From Octopus sinensis (lineage: Eukaryota), in the NCBI RefSeq assembly GCF_006345805.1, contig NC_043006.1, forward strand, positions 12,028,001 to 12,092,000: a stretch of DNA of 64,000 nt, read 5' to 3'. The notes below the pieces were generated by a model, which saw only the letters and a program-made list of their open reading frames with translations, searched no databases and was not told where the DNA came from. Made by a program: the position numbers and the translations under genes. Shown here piece after piece: positions 1 through 13,299 of the stretch (position 1 is the first letter of the stretch; each line of letters begins with the position of its first letter).

Positions 1-313
1 TAAAGTTACAAAACTACATCACTTAAGGATTTTTATTATTCTTTTGGATATATCAGAAAGCTAATTCATATACCCCAGTACCATAAAAACTTTAAAGGAA
101 AATCGATATAGTGAGAAAAGTTATTCGATTTGTTTAGGGTATAGTCTAACGTCCGTTATATTAGACTGAGAAGCCGTGATTATATTATCATGGAAAGTTA
201 TTTTGGACCTGTCAAAAAGAGAGGAATATATATTAGTTATGATGTCGTTTTGGATTCATAATAACGAACAAACGAACAAGCTATCTAAAAAATCTTCTAA
301 TATAGCTTTCTGT

Positions 314-315
314 TA

Positions 316-370
<55 letters not shown>

Positions 371-409
371 ATATCTATCTATCTATCGATCTATCTATCT
401 ATTTACCCC

Positions 410-449
<40 letters not shown>

Positions 450-450
450 A
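314..450. repeat. (TATC)n microsatellite
   Basis: Direct tetranucleotide tandem; it generates the YLSI ORF 176..478. Confidence 0.97.
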
Positions 451-949
451 CTATCGGTGTGTGTATGTGTGTGTATAGATATGGGTAGTAAGCATACCTA
501 CATACACGTATATGTGTATTTGGTATATTTTGTAATTTATATGTAAATTTGACCTGGGACTTACAAAAACCGAATTATTTCTATGTATTTCAACCAAATA
601 TTCTGCAAATACTAAGTAATGTTTATATCATGTATATATAAGTATATAAACAGTGATCATATGTCGTTGAAAGATTAATACATCAACAGAACGACAAATT
701 TATACCCGCTGAGGTTGACATCTTTTAATCCATGGGTCCCTATCCACCGGGCCGCATACCTTTTCCGTTTCGTGTAACATTTATACAGGGCCGCAGAGAA
801 AAATGATTTTAAAAATTTTATCTCTATCTCATTGTACTCACGCTATCTGTAGGATGTTTTTTCAGTATGCATCTCATATACGTATGCATATATGTATATA
901 TATATACATATATGTATAAAAATTATATATAAAATATACAAAATAGGAC

Positions 950-1330
950 AAGGACACAAAAAACACAAAGAGACGACACAAAGAACGGACGGGTCATTCG
1001 AAGCCTCTAATCTTCAGTCAGGAACCGGATCGTCCTAGCAAATTTCGGTTGATTAATCCTGATATCGATCAGATCCGGCTAGCCCCAAGGAAAAACTAAG
1101 CTGCGAGCATTAGATTTCTTGGAAAGAGGATCGAATGTATACGAAAGAAGGACAGAAAACGGACGATGCCACACGAATATAAATACAAAACACAAAAATA
1201 AAATTAAAAACAAGAATGGTAATAACGGGACAAAAACAGCGTGTGTCTTACGACTTTTGACAATTGAACTTATCCTAGCGGGCGTATTTTGAAATAATTG
1301 CCTTTTCGGCAGACGAAGAGAGAACATACA
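950..1330. mobile_element. Unclassified non-coding interspersed repeat fragment
   Basis: Purine-skewed, more GC-rich block between TA tracts, similar in style to retroelement terminal regions elsewhere in the window; no coding signal. Confidence 0.3.
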
Positions 1331-4300
1331 TACACACACACACTCATACACACACATATATACATATATATACATATATAAATCATATGCGTTTTAGATA
1401 CCTAATATATATATCAATTATATATGTAATTATTAAATTACATATTATTCACTTTATTGTGTTCTGTTATGAGCGTGGTGCCCCGGTCAGAGGGCAAGTT
1501 TCCCTGTCTGAAATCAGTCCATGTTGCAAAAAAAGTTTGGGGACCGCTGCTTTGATCCTTCTGGAAGTTGATTAAATATGCATAACATGAATACTGGATA
1601 GTTTCAATCGACAAAATTGTAGTAAATGTGCTGATGTAAAAATCAATATTTTTCTGGGCTTTTATCTTTATCGTATTTCACGGACGTGATGCCTATGATA
1701 GGCTTCTAAAAGAAGTATATTACATTGGTTATGTTCTAAAAGTGATAATAAATGTACCTATAATTCAATAACGAATTAATCTTAGTCACAATGAATCTAT
1801 TAATCACAATATTAATACAGCAGAAATTAAGTAGTGTACAATTAACAGTTTTCTAATAACCTAAATCAAGTTTTGAAAGCGCGATTCGTCACTTAATTAT
1901 TTTCTAAATATGAAACCATTATACACAGATTGATATCGTAATCAGGTTAATTTCATCGTTTTCGCATTACTGACGTGACCATTATTTACCTACACATATG
2001 TAGTTAAATGCTTAATCTAAAAATAATTAATTTAGCAGAGAATTTAACAGTTATTTTTAGCAGGGACTTAACAGTGATTTTATTTATTCTTCGTAAAAAT
2101 AGATTTTCAATTTATTCAGTGGATCTCAAATTTAAAACAATTATGGATGTTACCGTTAACCTGAAGAAAATATTTATAAATGTATTCATGAAATTTGATA
2201 GAAAAAAATCTATAATGTGCATGCACACATATACTGTCACACACAAACACATATGTATGTATATTTGTATGTAACTTTTAATTAAAATGTTACTTTATAA
2301 ATCTGAATGTTAATTCCGATACACTGAAATTAGTAAGCAGTAATCGATTTTTGGTTAATCGTAGCGGAATGAAGTACTGTGATATTTATTCTACGCAGAT
2401 GACTAATTGAAGTTTCAATAACGCTACTAAAACTAATATTAAATAGAAGAGGCATATGTTGAGTAAGCTGAGGGAAAAAATGTGAAATGCTGCTAAAAAT
2501 ATTATCTTAAAAACAAGACATTTATATATTTTCTTTTCCCTAACCAACTAAATATACGTTCTTACTTCTCTGTATATAGCATGAATGAAACAGTAACACA
2601 TCAAATCGTTTGTGTGTTAATAGAATCAGTCAAAGAAGTAGCAATAACTGAAGCTGGTCGATTAAGTTGATTAGAAACTTCGAGTTTCAAACATGCCTTG
2701 GGCAGAAAAAAAAAGCAAAACGGAAAAAAAAATAATAATGATATTAATAATTATTGTTCAGTTCTATGAGGATATTGAATAAGTAATGTGTATATTTTAG
2801 TAGCCCTTGTTGAGTATGAGATAAGATCTCAGAAAGACGAGCGTATAAATTCACTTCAATTTGTTATTAATGTTACGATGTATGTTTTGGTAAAGTTTAG
2901 TAGGTATTATATTTGTGAAAAGGTGAGGTTGAAAGGCTTTCGCATCGCCCTGTCATACGCGTGCTTCAGTCTTCTAACAAAATTTATATCAATAATTAAT
3001 TGTCAACTCGGGGAAAATGGTATATATGCCGGGAAGGCTGTCATTTTACAAGTTACCACACTCTTATAATCGAAATCTTACAAAATTCCGGCTACAATAA
3101 TTTCGAATAACGATGGTTAGATTTGATGAAAAGAAAACGAAAATGTACTTACATGTTAGAAAGTTGCATATGTATACATATATATGTATACATACATTCA
3201 CACTCATGTATAAACAAGCCTATATCCGTTATCGAAAGAAAGAATTGGGTAAAGCATTTCCAAACATCCTTAATCCATTACTTAGATGTTTACGAAAAGG
3301 TTTGTTTTTCCAATTTCATTCTTTCATTGAGAATAAAATTAGAAAAACAATGAAGCAAGTCAAGCCTCTACTGTTGCTGGACTGAGTAAGGAAAGGTACC
3401 GTGTCCTTGTAACGAAAAGTGTCTTTTAATCTTTTTTTTTTCCTTCTTCTGTTTATGTCTGATTATTGAGGAAAAAAAAAAACTTGTCAGAACTTAGCAA
3501 TCATTTCCAAGAAGAATATCACCGAAATAATATTTATATATATTCTTCCAAATTCGAAATTACGTCAGTCCAACAAGTCCAGTAGACTGAGGAGCCTGTT
3601 TGAGAAGAAGAGCACGTGAACTGAATGGTCAGTTTTCACAGTTACTTCCGATATATATGATCGTAAAATCTGAAAGGGCTTTAAAAAATTCTCTCATCTG
3701 AATATTCTCTTTTTTGCACACAGTATCTTTAACTTTTCTTGTTTAAAAGATTTAACACATATTCAAATTAAAGAATTATTTGGTAAAGAATTATTCTAAC
3801 TTTTCTTCTATTCACTTTTTCTATGCTTTCTTCTATTCTATTTTTCTATGTTGATATTCAATGTATGTCGAAATTTCTTCTCTCAGGCTTGACTTTCAGG
3901 TTGACTTGACTTGCTTCACATCTCTTACACTAACTGAATCTTGCTAATCATGCTGTTTTATTATATTTATTATATGTGGGACATGCAGTTGACGTCACAG
4001 TCTGGTGCAGAAACAGGAGATATGTTTTAAAATAACTTTTCTTATTTTTTTCCTCTCTATTTATTTTTGAATTTTCCATCTTTCTCTTATGACATTTTAT
4101 TTTTAACAAGTCATATGACTCATTGTCACAGTATTGTTTTCTTTTCTCTTTAAAAATTCCTCAGTTTCCCGTTGTTATTTTCGTTACCTGTCGCTTTGAA
4201 TCGTCCCAAAAGCAAGAAACGCTAGTTTTGGGAGTTGAAATTGCAAACTCGTCTCCGTTTACATAAAGCCATAAATATGACAAAATGTCATATTGATTGA

Positions 4301-4599
4301 TCCATCAAGGTTAACACAGTGTTCTCAAGAGGGTAGAAGGAAGAAAGAGGAGGAAAGGAAACGTGAGACTGAAGAGTGACTGCCAGCAGCTACAGAGCTG
4401 AAACAATGGCATCTTATCAAGCCATTGTCTAGCAGATTTTATGTTCTGGTAACATTTTATGCTTATTTAGAAATTAATAATTAGACCTTATGTGAAACTA
4501 AAAATTGCGCCCTGGTCTGTTATTGTATTTAGTCGTATACTTGCAAATATTTTTCCTATGTATAATTGCATATTGATGCAGTTATGCTAGTCTGCTTTT

Positions 4600-4812
<213 letters not shown>

Positions 4813-4939
4813 ACCTTCCTCTTCCCCTTTTATTCCCCTTTCTTCTTTTTTCATTTCTCTTTTCTTTTGTTCCTTTTCCTTTTCTTTTTTTTCTTTCTAT
4901 TCTTTTTCTTTTTATTTTATTTATTTATCTTTTGTTCTT

Positions 4940-5095
4940 TTCTTCCTTTTTACGATCCCTCTTGATCGAAAACCTACGCCAACCCTTTTTTTTTCTTTTG
5001 TTTTTTGTTTTTTTCATCCCCCAAAAGAAAAGCTCTACCTTGTAACTTGTCCCATCTGTGTGCAGCCCTGTGTGGCCAATAAAGAAACTTATCTA
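4940..5095 (+). mobile_element. Non-coding retroelement terminal fragment (second copy about 22900-23050)
   Basis: Shares cgatccc..ttgatcgaaa and ccctgtgtggccaataaagaaa with 22945-23050. Confidence 0.5.
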
Positions 5096-5351
5096 TCTGT
5101 ATGTCAGTCTGTCTGGTTCCTTGTCTGCCTGCTTGTCTGTCCGCTTGCCTGCCTGCTTGTCAGTTTGACTGTCGATCTGTCTTACTGTCTGCCTGTCTGA
5201 GAGTTAGCTTTTCAGCAATTCTCTCCTCTCTCTCTCTCTCTCTCTCCCTGTATCTATGCGCGCAAATGCATGTTCATGTATGTGTTTATGTCTGTATGTG
5301 TATGAGTGCGTGCGTATATGTGTGTGTTTGTGTGTGTATGTCTGCATGTGT

Positions 5352-5620
5352 GCTTGAAGGCGTGTGGCCTAGTGGTTCAGGTGCTGCATTCAAGCTCGCT
5401 AAAACGTAGATTCGATCCCGTAACGAGCTCGCGTGTTGTTCCTGAGCAGAGCATTTCATTTCACCTTGCTCCAGCCGACTCAGCCGTCTGCGACGGACAG
5501 GCTTTCCGATCAGGAGAAATGAGGCTTGCTTGCCTGACCAGCGGTGTGATATCGTTTCAAAGTTGATGATGAAAAGTGCTCTGTAACTAGTGTCTGGTCG
5601 ATCACGTAATTACGTGATGC
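5352..5620 (+). mobile_element. tRNA-derived SINE, family F (degenerate)
   Basis: A-box-like tggcctagtgg and B-box-like gattcgatcc; central tgagcagagcatttcatttcaccttgctccag resembles the core of families D and E; tail resembles 24963-25078. Confidence 0.65.
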
Positions 5621-5677
5621 AATCATACATACATATATACGTACGAATCGATGCTAGATGTGTCGTAACAATTACTG

Positions 5678-5912
<235 letters not shown>

Positions 5913-5924
5913 GTATGTATATAT

Positions 5925-6350
5925 GTGGCTGTGTGGTAAGTAGCTTGCTAATCAACCACATGGTAAGTAGGTTGCTTACCAACCACATGGTTCCGGTTCA
6001 GTCCCACTGTGTGGCATCTTGGGCAAGTGTCTTCTGCTATAGCCCCGGGCCGACCAATGCCTTGTGAGTGGATTTGGTAGACGGAAACTGAAAGAAGCCT
6101 GTCGTACATATGTATATATATATATGTGTGTGTGTGTGTGTTTTTGTGTGTCTGTGTTTGTACCACTAGCATTGCTTGACAACCGATGCTGGTGTGTTTA
6201 CGTCTCCGTCACTTAGCGGTTCGGCAAAACAGACCGATAGAATAAGTACTGGGCTTACAAATAATAAGTCCCGGTGTCGATTTGCTCGACTAAAGGCGGT
6301 GCTCCAGCATGGCCGCAGTCAAATGACTGAAACAAGTAAAAAAGAGTAAA
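5925..6350 (+). mobile_element. tRNA-derived SINE, family A
   Basis: Head gtggctgtgtggtaag...ggttcagtcccact, internal (TA/TG)n, tail ggcggtgctccagcatggccgcagtcaaatgactgaaacaagtaaaa; near-identical to 52886-53293. Confidence 0.92.
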
Positions 6351-6362
6351 AAAAAAAGATAT

Positions 6363-6600
6363 ATGAGCAACGATACCTTCTTTCACATGTATATCGCCAA
6401 GATAGTGGCATTCTGCAGGCGAATGGCCGGATGGATTCTGAGAACCTTCAGAAGAAGTGTTGAGGAAGCTAAGCTGGCTCTATGGCTGTCTGAACTACTG
6501 TTCTCAACTGTGGTCATCGTACAATATCAGATTAATAGCGGGCTATTGCACCCGGAAGACTGCATCGATGAAACAGCTGAGCTACAGGGAGAGACTGAAT
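6363..6600 (+). mobile_element. CR1/L2-group LINE ORF2 fragment (post-RT region, frameshifted)
   Basis: Translates CRRMAGWILRTF then, after a frameshift, LNYCSQLWS, typical of the C-terminal part of CR1/L2-type ORF2. Confidence 0.8.
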
Positions 6601-6784
6601 CTGTTAAATACTGTTGCATTTTACTCATAAGGTATTGGAATCTTACATATATACCATTCTGCCTAAAAAATGGATCTACAAATTTAATATCCTTGCATAT
6701 CTCACATCTATTTTCTTTCCTCCACCTCACTCTATATTTTGTATTCTATCTAAATTAATTATTACTTAACCATCCTTTCACACC

Positions 6785-6836
6785 GTCTTCGATGAAGGGA
6801 TATAATTAATAAATATCTTGAAAGCAGCTGTAAGAC
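6785..6836 (+). ncRNA. Degenerate minimal type I hammerhead-like motif in the insert splitting the LINE
   Basis: GUCU/AGAC stem I, core UCGAUGA instead of CUGAUGA, stem II GGGAUAU/AUAUCUU, GAAA, near-palindromic stem III, GUA. Confidence 0.45.
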
Positions 6837-6856
6837 CTTTTATCAATAAATTTTCT

Positions 6857-7300
6857 AATGGCTGCTCTCGATTATTGGGATCGCCTTAAAGCCTTGAAAC
6901 TTTACTCCCTCCAGCGTCGCCGTGAGCGGTACATCATTTGTACGATGTGGAGAATATACCGCCAACTTTGCCCAAACGACCTTAACATTAGCTTCAAGGT
7001 TCATCCAAGACTGGGACCACGGGCCATACGTCCCCTGCCCAATTCAAGATCACAACATACATGTACACTGCAACATAATTTCTTTTCCTCAACAGGCCCT
7101 GCCCTATTTAACATTGTCCCGAGGGAGATCAAAGAGGAAAAGGATCCCATCAACTTTAAACGGAGTCTGGATAGATTCCTTCAAAGAATACTAGATAACC
7201 CACCCATAATTGGATGCAACTCACCCAACAAGAACTCACTACTTGAACAAAACTTGATACAACACAGCCAACAAGAACTCACTACTTGAAGAAAACTTGA
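6857..7300 (+). mobile_element. CR1/L2-group LINE ORF2 C-terminus and 3' end
   Basis: ORF 6858..7289 has LDYWDRLKALKLYSLQRRRERY...GPALFNIVP...FKRSLDRFL, the conserved L..LKLYSL..RR.R and FN.LP...FK..LD.FL motifs. Confidence 0.88.
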
Positions 7301-7600
7301 CTTAAACAGGATTTGAATAATCCTATCAGGTGGTGCTATTAAGTTAGACATGTCCTGGACCAATCTTTGGTCGAAACATATCTAAGTTATCTAAGTTTTA
7401 CACAACCTTGTTTTTTTTTATCACATTACGCAAAAAATTCTTATATACACAAGCTGACATATGACCAACGTTGAAACCCTTATTCGCAAAATCACCGAAT
7501 CTGGAACTTAACTATGGTTTGTCTATAGCATTTATTCAGCATTGACTGACACCTTTGGTTCTCAATGACACCATTACCTCTTGTATATATATACATATAT

Positions 7601-8465
<865 letters not shown>

Positions 8466-8475
8466 ACATATATAC

Positions 8476-8525
<50 letters not shown>

Positions 8526-8543
8526 TACATATATATATATATG

Positions 8544-8590
<47 letters not shown>

Positions 8591-8609
8591 ATATATACAC
8601 ACACATTTG

Positions 8610-8828
8610 TGTGTGTGTCTTTGTGTCTTTGTCCTCCCTATACCACTTGACAACCGGTGTTGGTGTGTTTACGTCTCCGTAACTTAGCGGTTCGGCTTAA
8701 GGGAAATATAGAATAAATGCTTGGCTTAAATGAGTATGTGGGGGGGGGCGATTTGTTCGACTAAAAATCCCTTCAAGGCGTTGGTCCAGCATGGCGGCAC
8801 TGAAATGATTGAAGCAAGTAATAGAATA
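8610..8828 (+). mobile_element. SINE family A, 3' half
   Basis: cttgacaaccggtgttggtgtgtttacgtc...aaggcgttggtccagcatgg matches the family A tail. Confidence 0.75.
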
Positions 8829-9159
8829 ATATCATAAATCATTTACACTAAACTCCCCACCATTGCAATCATCACCACAACCACGAGCGCCATCACCATC
8901 ATCATAATCATCATCATCATCATCATCATCGTCATCATCATCATCACTTATGTTTTCTGAAATTGTTTTATAGAGATGTATTGAGAGTGTATATGTATAA
9001 TAATATTGTATTATAGAAGACTATAATACAGGTTAGGCAGATAGCACATGTAAAAAGTTGTTCTTTTATAGTATCTTTAAGACGGACACTTTAAGAGTCG
9101 AACTGTCCATGCTCATCATCTTTGGAAACAAAATTAAACGAATATAATATTAATTTCGA

Positions 9160-9340
9160 ATTTTGGCACAAGACCAGCAGTTTTATGAGAGGAGTATGTC
9201 GCTTAGATCGCAGCCAGTGCTGCTTGTTTTATCCATCCCGAGAGGATGAAAGGTATGTTGACTTCGGCGGGATTTGAACTTAGACCCTAAAGACGATAGA
9301 AATACTCGGCGTGTTGACGATTCTGCCAGCTCACTGCCTT
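9160..9340 (-). mobile_element. SINE family B (degenerate)
   Basis: Reverse complement begins ggcagtgagctggcagaatcg and contains aagttcaaatcccgccgaag (B box). Confidence 0.7.
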
Positions 9341-9364
9341 AAACTAATATATTTTTTCCTGTAT

Positions 9365-9925
9365 CTTTTGAGTTCAAATTCCGCCGAGGTCAATTTTTAC
9401 CTTTCACCATTTCGGGGTCGATAAGTTAAGTACCAGTTGCGTACTGGGGTCGATTTAATGGACTGTCTCCTGCCCCTAAAATTTTGGGCCTTGTGCCTAG
9501 AGTAGAAAAGAATATTTATCCATGATAAGCGGCAAGCTGGAAGAAACGTTAGAGAGCCGGGCGAAATGCGTAGCCGTATTTCGTCCGCCGTTACGTTCTG
9601 AGTTCAAATTCCGCCGAGGTCGACTTTGCCTTTCATCCTTTCGGGGTCGATAAATTAAGTACCAGTTACGCAGTGGGGTCGATATAATCGACTTGATCCG
9701 TCTGTCTGTCCTTGTTTGTCCTCTCTGTGTTTAGCTCCTTGTGGGTAGTAAAGAAATATGTATTTCGTCTGCCGCTACGTTCTGAGTTCAAATACCGCCG
9801 AGGTCGACTTTGCCTTTCATCCTTTCGGGGTCAATAAATTAAGTACCATTTTCGTACTGGTGTCGATATAATTGACTGGGCCCTTCCCCAAAAATTTCGG
9901 GCCTTGTTCCTAGAGTAGAAAAGAA
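9365..9925 (+). mobile_element. SINE family B cluster: one headless unit plus a full copy with an internally duplicated unit
   Basis: gagttcaaattccgccgaggtcgactttgcctttcatcctttcggggtcgataaattaagtacc occurs three times; head gcggcaagctggaagaaacgttag at about 9529. Confidence 0.9.
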
Positions 9926-10659
9926 TATTCTTTCGGTATTGCTATAAACTTATATAGACATAATACACTGCTTTTTCTACAGACACCAATGTATAAGAGA
10001 ATGTGTGAGCCTCAACATAGATTCATTTATTCCTTTATTTGTTTCATCATGTGGCTATGGTCATATTTTGCTTGCGTGCCTCTGGCATAGAACTGCAGCC
10101 CATGCTGGGGCACCACTTTGAAGAGTTTAGTCAAATATAAATATAGACAGTATATAGACATAGGCATTTAGACATTGAAGTGTGTGCTACACCCCGAATT
10201 ATTAACTCAATTTTTATGACTACACTTTTTATAAAGAGGAAATCGCTCAGCGAGACAGACAGCTAGATAGACACATACACAAACGGATAAATTGACGGAC
10301 AGCTAGATAACCTGATCAACTGATTGGTAGGCAGAAAACAAGGTAAATAGACAGATATATATATATATATATATCCTAATCACTAATTAATATTAATAAT
10401 GTTTAGATAAGAAATCAACCAGAAACTCATGCAACAGGTGTCTGTCTGCATGTCGTTTTTCACTTCTTTCGTATTTTCGTTTTTTTTTTTAAATAATTTA
10501 TTTATAAAGCTTAGATTGCTGTAACAGATTCCGAAACAATCATTTAATTATAATTCTTACAAAGTAAATAGAATAGTATTAGTAGTAGTAGTATTTGTTG
10601 TTGTTGTTGTTGTTAATGTGGTAGCTGTGGTGGTGGTGGTGGTTTATAATTTAGGCACA

Positions 10660-10875
10660 AGACTAGCAGATTTGAAAAGAGGGACCTAATCGAAGCTATC
10701 GATATAATACTTGACTGGGGCTTTAATTTCTCAACTCTGAAATTCGACTAGAATTTGAACTCAGAACGTAGAGTCGGATGAAACACCACTACACATTTTG
10801 TTCAGCGAGCTAACGATCCTCCCACCTCACCGATAAGCATTTCGCCAGCGGTGCTAACGATCTGCCATCTTGCCT
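10660..10875 (-). mobile_element. SINE family B fragments (degenerate)
   Basis: gaatttgaactcagaacgtag and gctaacgat..tgcc motifs in reverse orientation. Confidence 0.55.
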
Positions 10876-10904
10876 ATGATAGTAATAATAACATAGTGAT
10901 AAAA

Positions 10905-11260
10905 ATAATAATAATAATGATGATGAGATGATGATGATGATGATGATGATGATAATAATAATAATAATATTAATAATAATAATAATAATATAATAATAAT
11001 AATAATAAGATGATGATGATGATGATGATGAATGATGATGATGATGATGATGATGATGAAGATAATAATAATAATAATAATAATAAAATAATAATAATAA
11101 TAATAATAATGATGTGATAATAATAATAATAATGATAATAATATAATAATAATAATATAATAATAATAATAATAATATGATGATAATAATAATAATAATG
11201 ATAATAATAATAATGGTGATGATGATAATGATAATAATAATGATAATAATAATAATAAAT
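10905..11260. repeat. (AAT)n/(GAT)n microsatellite
   Basis: Direct trinucleotide tandem. Confidence 0.97.
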
Positions 11261-11750
11261 GCTCTGATGCAGTACCAGACAGTATTTCTCATGGCTTCTG
11301 ATCTTAACTGATTGGAAGTGTTATCATGTACATTGTTTTGTCTTGGTATAAAAGACGGGCTGCAGCAAATATTCTGCTCAATACCACAGATTTGCTTGTC
11401 AGTTGTTTGACCTTAACCAGTTGAGCATGTCCCTTAATGGCTGACGATATGTGCATCTCTGATCACGAGCAGAAGTAGTGTGGGATCATCATAGCCATGT
11501 GTTGAGAGGGATTCTTTGGAGTTTGAATAATTCACCTTTTGGAAACACGGGTGTTTCGTTCAACATCCTTAAACAACCCTTATTCAGTGACCTTTTGGGC
11601 GGGATGGGTCATGTGCTGTGTACCTTGATATGAGATCACCTTGTTGCGCACATATGGTTGTAATGCATGTGCCTAGTGTATCCTTATTAGACGGGTAGTC
11701 ATGATGGGTATACTGAGCTTCGTATAGTTTACGCCAGTGTCACTTTGATG
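11258..11750 (+). mobile_element. (AAT)n-tailed non-coding retroposon, longest copy
   Basis: Homologous to 12247-12360 and 12383-12820; all three end in ctgctctctcactc followed by (AAT)n. Confidence 0.8.
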
Positions 11751-11809
11751 GCATGCACTGCTCTCTCACTCAATAATAATAATAATAATAATAATGATAA
11801 TAATAATAA

Positions 11810-12150
11810 GGATGACAACGTGTCTCTAAAAGAAATGGAGAAACTTTCAAAATACAAAGACCTGAAAATAGTGGTAACCAGAATGTGGAATCTAAAAACA
11901 GAAACAATTCCTATCATAAATATAGGCATGATAAAAAAATATTCAGACAAATATATAACAAAAACACCAGGACTTAGAAACACATACAACATACAGAAAA
12001 TTGCACTACTAGGCACTGCACACATCCTACGCAGAACACTTTCCATACAATAACCATCAGAGCATCACAACAAATCACAGCACATACCCAAGGCACAGAG
12101 AGCTGCGCTCGGTAGTGAAGTGAAAGCACGATATACAAAATAGAACTACT
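11810..12150 (+). mobile_element. R4/Dong-like (RLE) non-LTR retrotransposon 3' end
   Basis: KEMEKLSKYKDLK..RMWNLKTETIPI..G..QKIALLGTAHILRRTLS is a restriction-like endonuclease C-terminus, followed by a short 3' UTR and an (AAT)n tail. Confidence 0.85.
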
Positions 12151-12164
12151 GAATAATAATGATG

Positions 12165-12226
<62 letters not shown>

Positions 12227-12246
12227 TAAATAATAATAATAATAAT

Positions 12247-12360
12247 AGTGATGCATGTGCCTGGAGTACCCTTATTAGACGAGTAGTCATGATGGGTATA
12301 TTGGGCTTCGTATATTTTACCCCAGTGTCACTTTGATGGCATGCACTGCTCTCTCACTCA
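12247..12360 (+). mobile_element. (AAT)n-tailed retroposon, strongly 5'-truncated copy
   Basis: Matches the 3' ~110 bp of 11258-11750. Confidence 0.8.
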
Positions 12361-12382
12361 ATAATAATAATAATAATAATAA

Positions 12383-12820
12383 TGCTCAATACCACAGATT
12401 TGCTTGTCAGTTGTTTGGCCTTAACCAGTTGAGCATGTCCCTTAGTGGCTGACAATATGTGCATCTCTGATCACGAGCAGAAGTAGTGAGGGGGCATCAT
12501 GGCCATGTGTTGAGAGGGATTCTTTGGGGTTTGAATAATTCACCTCTGGAACATAGGTGCTTCGTTCAACATCCTAAAGCAACCCTTATTCAGGGACCTT
12601 TTGAGCAGGATGGCTACTCAACCTGAAGAAAATTCTAACTGGGCCCCACCTGCAAGGTCATGTGCTGTTTATCTTGATATGAGATCACCATGTCGCGCAC
12701 ATATGGTTGTGATGCATGTGCCTGGTGTACCCTTATCAGACGGGTAGTCATGATGGGTATATTGGGCTTCGTATATTTTACCCCAGTGTCACTTTGATGG
12801 CATGAACTGCTCTCTCACTC
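12383..12820 (+). mobile_element. (AAT)n-tailed retroposon, 5'-truncated copy
   Basis: Highly similar to 11378-11750 but retains a ~45-bp segment missing from that copy. Confidence 0.8.
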
Positions 12821-12842
12821 AATAATAATAATAATAATAATG

Positions 12843-12902
<60 letters not shown>

Positions 12903-12954
12903 TGTAATGAAAAGAAATACAAGTAACTGCAGAATATATGCAGATGAAGAAGAA

Positions 12955-13290
12955 ACAATAAATCATATTGTCACTGGCTGCCCAGTCTGGTAGATAAAGG
13001 AGAAAGGGAACCAAGATTATAGATATTGCAATAATACCTGGGGATGCACGCATAAGTGAGCAAGAACCAGAAATGATTGAAAAATACAGACTACTAAAAG
13101 ACGAAGTTGCAAGAATGTAGACTATGAGGAGAGTTACTGTCATTCCAGTATTTGTAGGGATACTCGGAGCACTAACAACCAAACTCGAGTAATATGTCAG
13201 CGAAATCGGAGTTAGGATGAGAGTAGATCAAACCAAAAAACTACTCTGCTAGAGACAGCTAGGATTTTGCGATTGGTAATTGGATGTTGA
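12955..13290 (+). mobile_element. R4/Dong-like RLE fragment (degenerate)
   Basis: Translates KIIDIAIIPGDARISEQEPEMIEKYRLLKDEVARM*TMRRVTVIPVFVGILGAL. Confidence 0.75.
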
Positions 13291-13299
13291 ATGTCTCCC

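Noticed and set aside
2801-4440. Several exon-like blocks on both strands (2801-2879 +, about 3385 -, 3566-3602 -, 4189-4409 -)
   Set aside because: Splice-like signals point in conflicting directions and no consistent reading frame or homology emerges.
4950-4985. Hairpin plus GAAA (cgatccctcttgatcgaaa; also about 22945) as a hammerhead
   Set aside because: No CUGANGA core upstream in either copy; at most a remnant.
12700-12820. HDV-like ribozyme at the end of the (AAT)n-tailed element
   Set aside because: I could not build P1, P3 and P1.1 pairings by hand; the truncation pattern also makes this the 3' end, not the 5' end.
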